Source: Vicinamibacteria bacterium | GTDB lineage: Bacteria; Acidobacteriota; Vicinamibacteria; Fen-336 | Reading direction: 5' to 3' | Assembly: GCA_041493035.1 (NCBI GenBank) | Contig: JBGPYB010000004.1 | Location: 1,465 to 65,464, forward strand | Length of the DNA: 64,000 bases | In this document: positions 31,799-41,401 of the stretch, piece after piece | How the letters are laid out: each line of letters begins with the position of its first letter | How positions within the stretch are numbered: the first letter of the stretch is position 1 | Position numbers and translations under genes: made by a program | Notes under the pieces: model-generated | The model's input: only the letters and a program-made list of their open reading frames with translations | What the model was told of the DNA's origin: nothing | Databases searched by the model: none

Positions 31799-33750
31799 AT
31801 GCGGTCCGGGACTGGAATCCCGAGGAGATCGACCAGAGAAAGGACTTGTCGCAGGAAAGTGTCCACCACCAGCACGCGGAAGGCGCGAAGGTCCTCGGAT
31901 TCGGCGCGGAGGAGCGAGTAGGCCGGGTTCTGGTAATAGGAGTGGAAGGCTTGGGCCACCGCGAAAGTGTGCTTGGCGAGAAATGCCACCTCCTCGGCCC
32001 TTATCGCCTGTTCTGCCGCTTCTTCGCTGCGCGCGAGGAGGAGCAGGAGGGACCAGACCTCGTCCCCTTCCTCTCCGACGAGGAGGGCCGAGAGGTCGAG
32101 CTCCGCGGCTCGCTGCCGCAGGGCGGCGAGGTCGAGCCCTTCGGCTTCCATCTTGGCGAAGATGCTGCGCGCCCGCACGATGCCGTTCTGGATGTACGGG
32201 CCCGTCTCCCCGACAAACGCGAGGGCTTCCTCCATGTCGAAGGTGATGATCTTCGTGCGGCCGTATTTCAGCAGGAAGTAGCGCAAGGCTCCCGTCGCGA
32301 TGGCGGCCGCCGCGCGATCGCGCGCCGCCGCCTCACGACCGGGGTCCCTGGCTTCGATCTCCGCCCGCGCCTTCGCCACCAGGGCGTTCAGCAAGTCGTC
32401 GGCCTTCACGCCGAGGCCCTTTCGTCCGGACACCTTCACGGCCGTCTCATTCTCTGACACGGTGTAGCCCAGCGCCCGCGCCGTGGCGGGAGAAAGCACG
32501 ACCTTCTCATACCCCAGGTGGTGGCTCGCCTCGGCGGCCTCGGCATGCCCCAACGCCGCTACGCCCGCTCGCACCACTCGCTGCGGGTAGGACTGGCCGA
32601 CGTCGATCACGTTGTACACCCGGCGGGCGTGGCCGAAGGCAGGAGCCCCACTCTCCCCCGCCTCACTCGTCGTGGACCAGAGGACGTGGCCGTCCGGGTA
32701 GAGACGGTGACGCCGATAGCGGAAGTCGCGGTCGAGATGTCCGAGCTTCCAGAGCTGGTAGGCGATGTCCTTGCCGGTGTAGGTGACGGTGCCATTCGAC
32801 CGCACGATGATCTTGTCTTCGTCGTTGCCGTCCGCTTCCATCGCCAGGACCCAGCACCCCGCGCTCTTCCCTTCGGTGTCGAGGCGGATCGCTTTCGATC
32901 CCTTCAAGACCTCGAACGCACGGTCCCAGAAATGGAGGCGCAGGATGTCGCTCTCGTGGGCCAAAAGGTCGTAGCGGATGCCGAGGCGCTCCATCGTGGC
33001 GAGATGACAGTCCACGATGCGCGCCGCAATGTGCGCCGCCAGACGGGCCGTGTCGTTGTCCCCCGCTTCGATGGCGTGGAGCGTGTCCACCTGGAGCCCC
33101 TTGTTCTTCGGCTCCGCGGCATAGAAGTCCCCGACTTGGGCGTAGAGGTCCCAGCAGTAGTAATCGAAGGCCCCGCCCATGGCGGCCACCTCGCCCATGC
33201 CCTTCTTCTCGATCTGCTGGAAACCGACCACCACATCGGCGACCTGCACTCCGGTGTCGTCGATGTAGTTCTGGACGCCCACCTCGTACCCGCGGCTCCG
33301 GAGGACGCGCACGAACGTGTCTCCGAGGGTAGCGTTCCGCAGGTGGCCGATGTGCGCCGCCTTGTTGGGGTTGATGCTGGTGTGCTCGACGATGACGCGT
33401 TCGGCCCGTTTTGGCACGGAACCGCCCGCCGCCAGGGACGCCTGAAGGTCGCGTGCGAACCGGCCCCTGTCCAGGAACAGGTTCACATAGCCGCCCCCGG
33501 CCACCTCGGCCTTGCGGACGCCGGGGAGCGCCACAAGATCCTTCGCGAGCCCAAGGGCGATCTCGCGGGGCTTTCGCTTCAATGTCTTCGCAAGCTCGAA
33601 AGGCGCCGTCACGGCCAGGTCGCCCAGATCCGTCCGAGGCGGGTACTGGAACGTCACGGCGGCAAGCTCCACCCCGAGGGAATCACGGACGATGCCCCGG
33701 ATCTTCGCAGCCAGTCGCGCGTGGAGGTCGAGGATCATGGACGCAAACAC
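31795..33750 (-). CDS. argS: Arginine--tRNA ligase
   Basis: HIGH-type motif INPNKAAHIGHLR, DALR anticodon-binding C-terminus, full length. Confidence 0.9.
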   Translation of the reverse strand: MFASMILDLHARLAAKIRGIVRDSLGVELAAVTFQYPPRTDLGDLAVTAPFELAKTLKRKPREIALGLAKDLVALPGVRKAEVAGGGYVNLFLDRGRFARDLQASLAAGGSVPKRAERVIVEHTSINPNKAAHIGHLRNATLGDTFVRVLRSRGYEVGVQNYIDDTGVQVADVVVGFQQIEKKGMGEVAAMGGAFDYYCWDLYAQVGDFYAAEPKNKGLQVDTLHAIEAGDNDTARLAAHIAARIVDCHLATMERLGIRYDLLAHESDILRLHFWDRAFEVLKGSKAIRLDTEGKSAGCWVLAMEADGNDEDKIIVRSNGTVTYTGKDIAYQLWKLGHLDRDFRYRRHRLYPDGHVLWSTTSEAGESGAPAFGHARRVYNVIDVGQSYPQRVVRAGVAALGHAEAAEASHHLGYEKVVLSPATARALGYTVSENETAVKVSGRKGLGVKADDLLNALVAKARAEIEARDPGREAAARDRAAAAIATGALRYFLLKYGRTKIITFDMEEALAFVGETGPYIQNGIVRARSIFAKMEAEGLDLAALRQRAAELDLSALLVGEEGDEVWSLLLLLARSEEAAEQAIRAEEVAFLAKHTFAVAQAFHSYYQNPAYSLLRAESEDLRAFRVLVVDTFLRQVLSLVDLLGIPVPDRM

Positions 33751-33823
33751 ACCATTATAGCGGGAGGCCGCCTCCTGTGACGGCTGTCACGGCCGACGCG
33801 CAGCATCGGCGTGATGCTTCGGT

Positions 33824-34072
33824 ATGGACCCCCTCCCTCCCTTTCCCGACCCACGCGCCGTCGCAGCGGTCCACCTGAGCCGCGCTCTCGCCCTCGAACG
33901 CACGGGCCACCGCGAGGAAGCCGCGGAAGCCTACGGGCGGGCGGTCCGCCTCAACCCCGACGACCCCGAGGCTCAGACGCGCCTCGGCATAGTGCTTCGG
34001 GAATTGGGTCGCGACGAAGAGGCGAACCGCGCTTTCCAGTCGGCCTTGCGGCTCCGCGAAGCCCTCGCGTAA
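33824..34072 (+). CDS. Small TPR-repeat protein
   Basis: 82-aa ORF with two TPR-like helical repeats (ALALERTGHREEAAEAYGRAVRLNPDDPEA...). Confidence 0.4.
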   Translation: MDPLPPFPDPRAVAAVHLSRALALERTGHREEAAEAYGRAVRLNPDDPEAQTRLGIVLRELGRDEEANRAFQSALRLREALA

Positions 34073-34126
34073 GGGTGTTCGCTGGGCTCCAGGGTCGGAC
34101 TCGCCCGCGTCTGTTACGATGAACCA

Positions 34127-34567
34127 ATGAGAACGCTCGTTGCCGCCGGGGCGTTTGCCCTATTGTGGGCCTCGCCAGCGGGTCCCCAGCACTTCACGCT
34201 TTCCGCCTCCTACACTCCTCGCGCGAAGCCGGGAGTCGATGGCACCATCGCCGTGACCTTCACGCCGCGTGACGCGGATGTTCACATCAACGAGAACCCG
34301 CCCGCGCGCCTGAAGCTCGATCCGGAGCAAAAGGTGCTGGTGGACAAGCAGCCCCCGGCGCCGCCCCGCGTCGAACCCTTCGACCCCGAGAAGGTTCGGT
34401 ACATCGACCTGGCGGTGCCCCTGATCTTTCCGGTGGCGGTAGCCGCTGGTGCTCCAAAGGGCGTTCAAAGCATCAAGGCGACGGTCGTGTATTTCTACTG
34501 TTCCAAGAGCCAGAGTTGGTGCCGACGGGGGTCCACCGATATCGACGTCTCCGTCAACGTTCGCTGA
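34127..34567 (+). CDS. Exported hypothetical protein
   Basis: N-terminal signal peptide (MRTLVAAGAFALLWASPAG), 146 aa, C-terminal CSKSQSWC pair. Confidence 0.45.
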   Translation: MRTLVAAGAFALLWASPAGPQHFTLSASYTPRAKPGVDGTIAVTFTPRDADVHINENPPARLKLDPEQKVLVDKQPPAPPRVEPFDPEKVRYIDLAVPLIFPVAVAAGAPKGVQSIKATVVYFYCSKSQSWCRRGSTDIDVSVNVR

Positions 34568-35135
34568 GCGCGCTCAAATCCGACGGGGCGTTCAGATTGC
34601 GGAACAGGGCCGCAGGGTCCCCGAATGGGGCGATCTCGTCTTGCTCGAACACTCTCACGCGCACGTCGGGCCAGAACGTCGTGACCTTGCGTTCACCTGC
34701 CAGCAGGCGCCGGCCGATCGGCTCGAGACAGGCCGGACCATAGACCGCGCAGAGCGGCTCCGCGCCGCCGGCGTGAACCGGCACCACGGCGTCGAACTCC
34801 TCGGCGGCCGCCAGAAGCCGCGCCAGCAGTGGCACCGGAACGAACGGCAGATCCACCGCCAGGAAGAGGCCGTTCCTCTCGCCGAGACCCGCGAGGCCTG
34901 AATGGATTCCCGCAAGCGGGCCGGCGTCGGCGAACGTATCGGTCGCAACGGTGACGCCGCGATCCTCGTAGCGTCGCTCGGGGCCCGACAGGATGCGGAC
35001 CTCCGCACAGGTCGAACGAAGCCTTGCCAACGTGTGGTCGAGGAGCGTCGCTCCCTGCCACGGGAGGAGCGCCTTGTCGCGTCCCATCCGGCGACTTCGC
35101 CCGCCGGCCACCGCGAATCCAACCACGCTCGACAA
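34554..35135 (-). CDS. mobA: Molybdenum cofactor guanylyltransferase MobA
   Basis: AVAGGRSRRMGRDKALL N-terminal motif, length about 190 aa. Apparent TTG start. Confidence 0.75.
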   Translation of the reverse strand: MSSVVGFAVAGGRSRRMGRDKALLPWQGATLLDHTLARLRSTCAEVRILSGPERRYEDRGVTVATDTFADAGPLAGIHSGLAGLGERNGLFLAVDLPFVPVPLLARLLAAAEEFDAVVPVHAGGAEPLCAVYGPACLEPIGRRLLAGERKVTTFWPDVRVRVFEQDEIAPFGDPAALFRNLNAPSDLSALSER

Positions 35136-35241
35136 AGGCGTTGCGTGCCCCTCTCAAAATCAGGTCTTGGCGCGAGTGTAGCGCCCCCCTGCTGGAGCGG
35201 GCAAGACGCTGCGGCCGCGAGGCTCTCTATAATCGTCGGCG

Positions 35242-37029
35242 GTGCTCAACGAGAAGCTGGATTCGCTACCGACGCGTTCCGGCGTCTATCTCTTCAAGGA
35301 CGCCGAGGGTCGGATCCTCTATGTGGGCAAGGCCCGCGTCCTGCGCGACCGCGTGCGCTCCTATTTCCAGGCCTCCCGCAGCTGGGATCCTCACAAGGGA
35401 GCGATGGTCTCCGAGATCGCCGATCTCGATCTCGTGGTCACCGACACCGAGATGGAAGCCCTCGCTCTCGAGAACAACCTCATCAAGCGCCACAAGCCGC
35501 GCTACAACGTTCTTCTTCGCGACGACAAGAATCACCCTTTCCTCAAGCTGACCCTGGCCGAGGAGTACCCGCGTCTCCACATCGTGCGACGGCCTGCCGA
35601 AGACAAGAACGCCTACGGCGGCCCCTACATCCCGGCGAGCCTCGGCCGGAAGACGGCGTCCCTGGTCCACAAGATCTTCGGCGTAAGGTCCTGCAAGGAA
35701 GCCCTCGACGGCCATCGACCGCGCCCGTGCCTCCAGCACCAGATCCATCGCTGCATCGCTCCGTGTGTGGTCGAGGTTTGCTCTCTCGACCGCTACCGGC
35801 AGGCCTGCGACGACGCGCGCCTCTTTCTCGAGGGGAGGACCGATGAGGTTTTGCGGCGCATGCGCGCGCAGATGGCCGCTGCCGCCGTAGACGAACGCTT
35901 CGAGGAGGCGGCGAGCCTGCGCGACCAGATCCGGACGCTCGAGCGCCTGGAGACTCCCCAGAAAATCACCACCACCGATATCGAAGAGCGGGACCTCGTT
36001 GCGGCGCACGTCGAAGGGGAAAGAGCGGCGCTCCAGATCTTTTCCGTCCGCGACGGGAAAGTCGTCGCGCGGGAGGGATACCTCCTCGACCACCTCGCCG
36101 AGCCCGAGGCCGTCGTCTCGTCGGCCTTGCAGCAGTACTATGCGCAGGGACGCTACGTCCCTCGCGAGATCCTCGTCCCGGAGGAAGTCCCCGACCGGGA
36201 GCTGCTCGAGGCGTGGCTCTCGACGCGTCGGGGCAGCGCCGTGCGCATCCGCGTGCCGCAACGGGGCGAGAAAGTCCGCCTCCTCGAGCTGGTGATCAGC
36301 AACGCGCGCCTGGCTTTCGATCTCGAATGGAAGCATCCGCGCCGCCAGTCCCAGGAGATTCTCCGTGCCCTCCGCGACCTCCTCGATCTCGAGATGGAGC
36401 CGCGCCGTATCGAATGCTTCGACATCTCCAACATCCAGGGCTCCGACATCGTGGCCTCGATGGTCGCCTTTGTGGACGGGGCCCCGAAGAAGTCCGACTA
36501 CCGCAAGTTCCGGATCAAGGACGTCGTGGGTGCCCCCGATGACTTCGCGTCGATGCGCGAGGTCGTGGGCCGGCGCTATCGCCGTCTGCTCGAGGAAGGG
36601 AAGGACCTTCCCGATCTCGTCCTCATCGATGGGGGCAAGGGGCAGCTCGGCGCGGCCGTCGAAGCGTTGGAGACCCTCGGCCTCGGCGAACAGCCCGTTG
36701 CGAGCCTCGCCAAGCGCGAGGAGCTGATCTTCGTGCGTGGGCGTCAGGAGCCGATCGCGCTCCCGCGGGCATCACCGATCCTTCAGCTCGTCCAACGCGT
36801 TCGGGACGAGGCGCATCGTTTCGCCGTGGGCTTCCACCGGCAAGCCCGGAAAGCACGGACCCTCCAGTCAGAGCTGGACGACATCCCGGGCGTGGGGCCC
36901 ACGAAGCGCCGCAAGCTCCTGTCGCGCTTCGGTTCGGTCCGAGGCGTCCGCGGCGCGAGCGAGGTGGAGCTGGCCTCAGCCGTTGGCAAAGCCACGGCGG
37001 CGCGCGTCCGCGGCCACTTCGATCGCTGA
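35242..37029 (+). CDS. uvrC: Excinuclease ABC subunit C
   Basis: GIY-YIG (GVYLFKD...LYVGKA), Cys-rich region, UvrBC-interaction and C-terminal RNase H-like/HhH domains. 595 aa. Confidence 0.9.
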   Translation: MLNEKLDSLPTRSGVYLFKDAEGRILYVGKARVLRDRVRSYFQASRSWDPHKGAMVSEIADLDLVVTDTEMEALALENNLIKRHKPRYNVLLRDDKNHPFLKLTLAEEYPRLHIVRRPAEDKNAYGGPYIPASLGRKTASLVHKIFGVRSCKEALDGHRPRPCLQHQIHRCIAPCVVEVCSLDRYRQACDDARLFLEGRTDEVLRRMRAQMAAAAVDERFEEAASLRDQIRTLERLETPQKITTTDIEERDLVAAHVEGERAALQIFSVRDGKVVAREGYLLDHLAEPEAVVSSALQQYYAQGRYVPREILVPEEVPDRELLEAWLSTRRGSAVRIRVPQRGEKVRLLELVISNARLAFDLEWKHPRRQSQEILRALRDLLDLEMEPRRIECFDISNIQGSDIVASMVAFVDGAPKKSDYRKFRIKDVVGAPDDFASMREVVGRRYRRLLEEGKDLPDLVLIDGGKGQLGAAVEALETLGLGEQPVASLAKREELIFVRGRQEPIALPRASPILQLVQRVRDEAHRFAVGFHRQARKARTLQSELDDIPGVGPTKRRKLLSRFGSVRGVRGASEVELASAVGKATAARVRGHFDR

Positions 37030-37088
37030 GAAGGGGGTGGGTCTCTGCTACCCGACGCGAACGTTCTCTGAGCAAAGCTCAGGGGGAT

Positions 37089-37826
37089 ATGCGGCCCTAC
37101 GGCGGAAAAGGACCACTGGAATTTCGTGTTACCATCCGAGGTTCTTTTGGAGGACGGTTGCCCGAGCTGACAGCCGAGACCATCGCTACGGGCCTGACGA
37201 CCTACATCGTGCTCCTCTTCAGCCTGTCCTTTCATGAGGCGGCTCACGCCTGGGCGGCGCTTCGAATGGGAGACGACACGGCGATGCGTCAGGGACGAAT
37301 CACCCTGAACCCGATCGTCCACATCGATCCTCTCGGGACCGTTCTGCTGCCCTTGATGATGTTCTTGTCGAGTGGCACGCCTCTCTTCGGGTGGGCCAAG
37401 CCCACTCCCTACAACCCGGCCAACTTTCGCCGCGACCGGACTGTGGGACAGGGCCACGTTCTCGTGGCCAGCGCGGGTCCGCTGTCGAATCTGCTCCTGG
37501 CCGTTCTGTTCACCGCGGCGCTCGTCGTCGCGGTTCGCGCGGGTCTCGTCCGATCCAACCGCGATCCCGTCCTGAGACTCCTCGTGGCCGGCGTGCAGAT
37601 CAACGTGATCCTTGCCGTCTTCAATCTCGTGCCCCTCCCGCCCCTCGACGGCTCGAAGGTCGCGGCTTGGGGCCTACCGAGAAGCCTGGCGGACGCCTAT
37701 GTGCGGGTCATGGAGCCGTACGGATCCTGGATCCTGCTGCTTCTCTTCGCGACGGGCGTTTTGAGCATGGTGTTATCACCGCTTACAGGCTTGCTGACCA
37801 CGATCCTCTTCAGCATGGTCCGCTGA
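37089..37826 (+). CDS. Site-2 protease family (M50) zinc metalloprotease
   Basis: HEAAH zinc motif within a TM helix, NLVPLPPLDG motif, multiple TM segments. Start uncertain. Confidence 0.65.
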   Translation: MRPYGGKGPLEFRVTIRGSFGGRLPELTAETIATGLTTYIVLLFSLSFHEAAHAWAALRMGDDTAMRQGRITLNPIVHIDPLGTVLLPLMMFLSSGTPLFGWAKPTPYNPANFRRDRTVGQGHVLVASAGPLSNLLLAVLFTAALVVAVRAGLVRSNRDPVLRLLVAGVQINVILAVFNLVPLPPLDGSKVAAWGLPRSLADAYVRVMEPYGSWILLLLFATGVLSMVLSPLTGLLTTILFSMVR

Positions 37827-37827
37827 C

Positions 37828-38832
37828 GTGGCCCGTCCCCGCATCCTCTCCGGCATGCGCCCGACGGGGCCGCTGCACCTGGGCAACCTCATGGGAGCCC
37901 TCGACAACTGGGTGGGCTTGCAGGACTCGTACGAGTGCTTCTTCCCCATCGTGGACTGGCACTCCCTGACAACCGACTACTCGGACACGTCGGCGATCCG
38001 CCAGAACATCCTCGAAGTGGCCACCGACTGGCTCGCAGCCGGTCTCGACCCGGCGCGCTCCGCCCTGTTCATCCAGAGCCTCGTCCCGGAGCACGCGGAG
38101 CTTCATCTGCTGCTATCGATGATCACGCCCCTCGGCTGGCTCGAGCGCGTGCCGACGTACAAGGAAGTGCAGCAGCAGCTCGCCGAACGGGACCTCTCGA
38201 CGTTCGGGTTCTTGGGCTACCCGCTCTTGCAGACGGCGGACATCATCGTCTACAAGGCCAACGCGGTCCCCGTGGGAGAGGACCAGGCGGCCCACGTGGA
38301 GCTGACTCGCGAGATCGTCCGGCGCTTCAACAACCTCTACGGCCCGGTCTTCCCCGAGCCGAAGACCCTCCACACCGAGGCGAAGCGGATCCCGGGGACC
38401 GATGGACGCAAGATGTCCAAGTCCTACGGCAATGCCATCTACCTCAAGGACGACCCGGAGACGGTGCGGCAGAAGCTCAAGCCCATGCTGACCGACCCGG
38501 CCCGCAAGCGGCGGACGGACGCCGGCAATCCCGACATCTGCCCCGTGTTCGACCTCCACAAGGCCTTCTCCCCCGAGGCGACCCAGGCCTGGGCCGCGGC
38601 CGGATGCCGGAGCGCCGGAATCGGCTGCCTCGACTGCAAGGCGCGCCTCACCGACCACATGCTCGAGCGCCTGGCCGACATCCACGCCCGCCGTCCCGAA
38701 TACGCCACTCGCCCCGACACCGTGTGGGACATCCTGGCCGACGGGTCGAAGCGCGCCCGCGCGGTGGCCCAGGCCACGATGGACGAGGTCCGGACGGCCA
38801 TGAAGATCCGTTACGATCTCACGCCAGCGTGA
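37828..38832 (+). CDS. trpS: Tryptophan--tRNA ligase
   Basis: SGMRPTGPLHLGN (HIGH-type) and KMSKS motifs. 334 aa. Confidence 0.9.
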   Translation: MARPRILSGMRPTGPLHLGNLMGALDNWVGLQDSYECFFPIVDWHSLTTDYSDTSAIRQNILEVATDWLAAGLDPARSALFIQSLVPEHAELHLLLSMITPLGWLERVPTYKEVQQQLAERDLSTFGFLGYPLLQTADIIVYKANAVPVGEDQAAHVELTREIVRRFNNLYGPVFPEPKTLHTEAKRIPGTDGRKMSKSYGNAIYLKDDPETVRQKLKPMLTDPARKRRTDAGNPDICPVFDLHKAFSPEATQAWAAAGCRSAGIGCLDCKARLTDHMLERLADIHARRPEYATRPDTVWDILADGSKRARAVAQATMDEVRTAMKIRYDLTPA

Positions 38833-39701
38833 TCGACGAGCCGGAGGACGACGACGTGTCCGACGAGAGCCCGGTGCTCCGCCCCACAGCGCCTCCGGCG
38901 CCGACGGAGCCAGTCACGGTTCCGGAAGGGGTCGAGTCGCAGCTCCCCGAGGACGCTCCCCGTATCCACCTCCCCGTCTTCGACGGGCCCCTGGACCTGC
39001 TCCTCTACCTCCTGCGTCGCGACAAGATCGACATCTACGACATCCCCATCGCTCCCATCACGCGCCAGTACATGGAGTACCTGGAGCTGATGCAGGAGAT
39101 GAACCTGGACGTGGCCGGCGAGTTCATGGTGATGGCCGCGACCCTCATCCACATCAAGTCCAAGATGCTCGTCCCTGTGGACCCGACCGAAGCCGTGGGA
39201 GACGAGGACGCCGTAGACCCGCGGGACGAGCTGGTACAGCGCCTCCTGGAGTTCCAGCGATACAAGGAAGCTGCGGGCGTGCTCCATCAGAAGGGTCAGA
39301 TCCGGGCGGCCACCTGGACTCGCCCCGACACCGTCCTTCCGCGCTTCGACGACGCCGGCGAAGAGATGCTCGAGGCCGGGCTCTTCGATCTCATCAGCGC
39401 CTTCAAGGAGCTGCTCGAGCGGCGCAAGACACTTCTCGCCCACGAGATCGCGGGCCAGGGAAAAAGCGTCGAGGAGCGGATGGAGGAGCTGCTCGTCCTG
39501 ATCAAGGAAGGGGAGTCGGTGGAATTCCTCGAGCTCTTCGCGGCCGAGGAGACGAAGGGTGGGATGATCGTGACGTTTCTGGCCCTCCTGGAGCTGATCC
39601 GGCTGAAGCACGTCAAGGTCTACCAGCGCGGCGCTTTCGGCCCGATCCGGGTCTTCCGTCCCGTCGGGCCGGAGGGGGGAGCGCCGCAACCCGCGGTCTG
39701 A
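38829..39701 (+). CDS. scpA: Segregation and condensation protein A
   Basis: FDGPLDLLLYLLRRDKIDIYDIPIAPITRQY signature. GTG start overlaps the trpS stop (GTGA). Acidic N-terminal extension. Confidence 0.8.
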   Translation: MIDEPEDDDVSDESPVLRPTAPPAPTEPVTVPEGVESQLPEDAPRIHLPVFDGPLDLLLYLLRRDKIDIYDIPIAPITRQYMEYLELMQEMNLDVAGEFMVMAATLIHIKSKMLVPVDPTEAVGDEDAVDPRDELVQRLLEFQRYKEAAGVLHQKGQIRAATWTRPDTVLPRFDDAGEEMLEAGLFDLISAFKELLERRKTLLAHEIAGQGKSVEERMEELLVLIKEGESVEFLELFAAEETKGGMIVTFLALLELIRLKHVKVYQRGAFGPIRVFRPVGPEGGAPQPAV

Positions 39702-39712
39702 GGAAGGAACAC

Positions 39713-40459
39713 TTGGAAGAGAACGACAAGCCCGAAGAAGTGAAGCCGCCCGAGGAGCCCCAGGAAGGCGAGCCTCGGGAGGAAGGGCCGGTGCTTCCTC
39801 CTCAGGAAGTCCGAGCTGTGCTGGAGGCGCTGATCTTCGCCTCACCGCAGCCCATCACGCCACGCGAGATCACGCGAGTTCTCGGCGGGATCCCGAAGGA
39901 AGCCTGGGAGGCGGGCATCGAGGAGCTGAAAGCCGACTTCGCTCGGGACGGCCGGGGGTTGCAGCTCGTGGAGGTCGCGGCGGGGTACCAGATCACGACG
40001 CGTCCCGAGTACAACGACTGGATCCGTGAGCTGCTAGACCCCAAGAGTCCCACGCGTCTTTCGATCCAGGCTCTCGAAACGCTGGCGGTCATCGCCTACA
40101 AGCAGCCCGTCACGCTTCCCGAGATCATCGAGCTGCGCGGGGTGAAGTCGGGCGGCGTCCTCAAGACGCTCCTCGAAAAGCGACTCATCCGGATCACCGG
40201 CCGGAAGGAAGTCGTGGGGCGACCGATCCTTTACGGCACCACCAAGGAGTTCCTGCTCCACTTCGGCCTCAAGGATCTGGGAGAGCTCCCCAAGATCGAG
40301 GAGTTCGCCGAGGTGCTGGGGGAAGAGGTGGACGTGGTCGGCCTGAAGAAGGCCATCGAGGCGCCGAGGCCCGTGGAAATTCATCTATCCGAAGGGGATA
40401 TGTCCGAGGCTCAGGACGCAGAGGCTGAGCCGGAGGCAGAGGAGTCAGATCTCAAGTAA
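39713..40459 (+). CDS. scpB: Segregation and condensation protein B
   Basis: LEALIFASPQPIT winged-helix tandem, acidic C-terminus. Confidence 0.85.
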   Translation: MEENDKPEEVKPPEEPQEGEPREEGPVLPPQEVRAVLEALIFASPQPITPREITRVLGGIPKEAWEAGIEELKADFARDGRGLQLVEVAAGYQITTRPEYNDWIRELLDPKSPTRLSIQALETLAVIAYKQPVTLPEIIELRGVKSGGVLKTLLEKRLIRITGRKEVVGRPILYGTTKEFLLHFGLKDLGELPKIEEFAEVLGEEVDVVGLKKAIEAPRPVEIHLSEGDMSEAQDAEAEPEAEESDLK

Positions 40460-40461
40460 TA

Positions 40462-40493
40462 CTTGACATTAACCTTCTAACTATCTATTATAA
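40462..40493 (+). promoter_or_regulatory. Near-consensus sigma70 promoter in a short AT-rich island
   Basis: TTGACA (40462-40467) with TATTAT at 17 nt or TATAAT at 20 nt spacing. Local GC far below the window average. Directly upstream of the (SP)n lipoprotein gene. Confidence 0.5.
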
Positions 40494-40502
40494 TGGCGTT
40501 TT

Positions 40503-41354
40503 ATGATGAGACGATCCGGCTCCTCCGCGGTCTTTGTCTTATTGCTGCTCTGTGAGGGCTGTGGCCTCGCCGATAAGCTGACCGGTCCCGACACCCTCAC
40601 GATCCAGAAGTTCGTGGCGACCCCGAGCCAGATCGATCCTGGCTCGACGGTCATGCTGATCTGGGACGTGGCGGGCGCCGAATCCGTACAGATCAGCGGC
40701 GGCGTGGGGACGGTGGGGGCGAAGGGTTCGCATCCCGTCCGCCCGAACGCCACGACGGACTACCTGCTCACGGCGCGAGCCGGAACGTCGTCCGCCACGG
40801 CGACGGTGGAGGTGCTCGTGTCGGGCAGCGGGCCGGCGCCTTCTCCGAGCCCCGAGCCCTCTCCGTCGCCCAGCCCGTCACCATCGCCGAGCCCGTCCCC
40901 CTCACCCAGTCCATCGCCGTCACCGAGCCCGTCGCCTTCACCCAGCCCATCGCCCTCACCTTCTCCGAGCCCGGAGCCATCCCCTTCTCCGCAGCCGGTG
41001 AGCTGTGGTGTCCCTGTCAATCTCGCAGGAAGTTGTGGGCTGACGATCCGGAAACCCGACGCGCTTTCGTCAGCGGAGTGCATAGAGCTGACCGACATTC
41101 GAACGAGCAGCGACTGCCCCGTGAGTTTTGGCGTCCCACTCTCGGTGAGCTTCGCGGTGTCGGCGTCGTCGAGCCACAGCTTCACGTGGAAGCAGGCCCC
41201 CGGCAAGAACGACGTCCTGACCCCGGCTTCCGGGACCGTCTCCGGCACCGGAGCCACGAGCGTCACGCTCTCCGACATCGTCCTCGACAGCGCCCTGTCC
41301 ATCGAAGTGATCTACGGCGACAAGGTCTACCTGGTCTTCAGCCTCGAGCACTGA
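40503..41354 (+). CDS. Secreted/lipoprotein candidate with (Ser-Pro)n linker and C-terminal Cys-containing domain
   Basis: Signal peptide MMRRSGSSAVFVLLLLCEGC. About 25 consecutive SP/EP dipeptides. Four Cys in the C-terminal domain. Confidence 0.65.
   Translation: MMRRSGSSAVFVLLLLCEGCGLADKLTGPDTLTIQKFVATPSQIDPGSTVMLIWDVAGAESVQISGGVGTVGAKGSHPVRPNATTDYLLTARAGTSSATATVEVLVSGSGPAPSPSPEPSPSPSPSPSPSPSPSPSPSPSPSPSPSPSPSPSPSPSPEPSPSPQPVSCGVPVNLAGSCGLTIRKPDALSSAECIELTDIRTSSDCPVSFGVPLSVSFAVSASSSHSFTWKQAPGKNDVLTPASGTVSGTGATSVTLSDIVLDSALSIEVIYGDKVYLVFSLEH
40836..40995 (+). repeat. Imperfect tandem hexanucleotide repeat (CCSAGC/CCGTCR) encoding (Ser-Pro)n
   Basis: Directly visible as agcccgtca / ccatcgccg iterations within the lipoprotein CDS. 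Confidence 0.7.
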
Positions 41355-41401
41355 AGGGCGCCGCGCGGCGTCGCGACCTTACCAACTGATATGATCGGTT
41401 C

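Noticed and set aside
40836-40995. Tandem repeat that could be mistaken for a CRISPR-like array
   Set aside because: 6-nt unit, in-frame within a CDS, encoding (Ser-Pro)n. No spacers or repeat-spacer periodicity.
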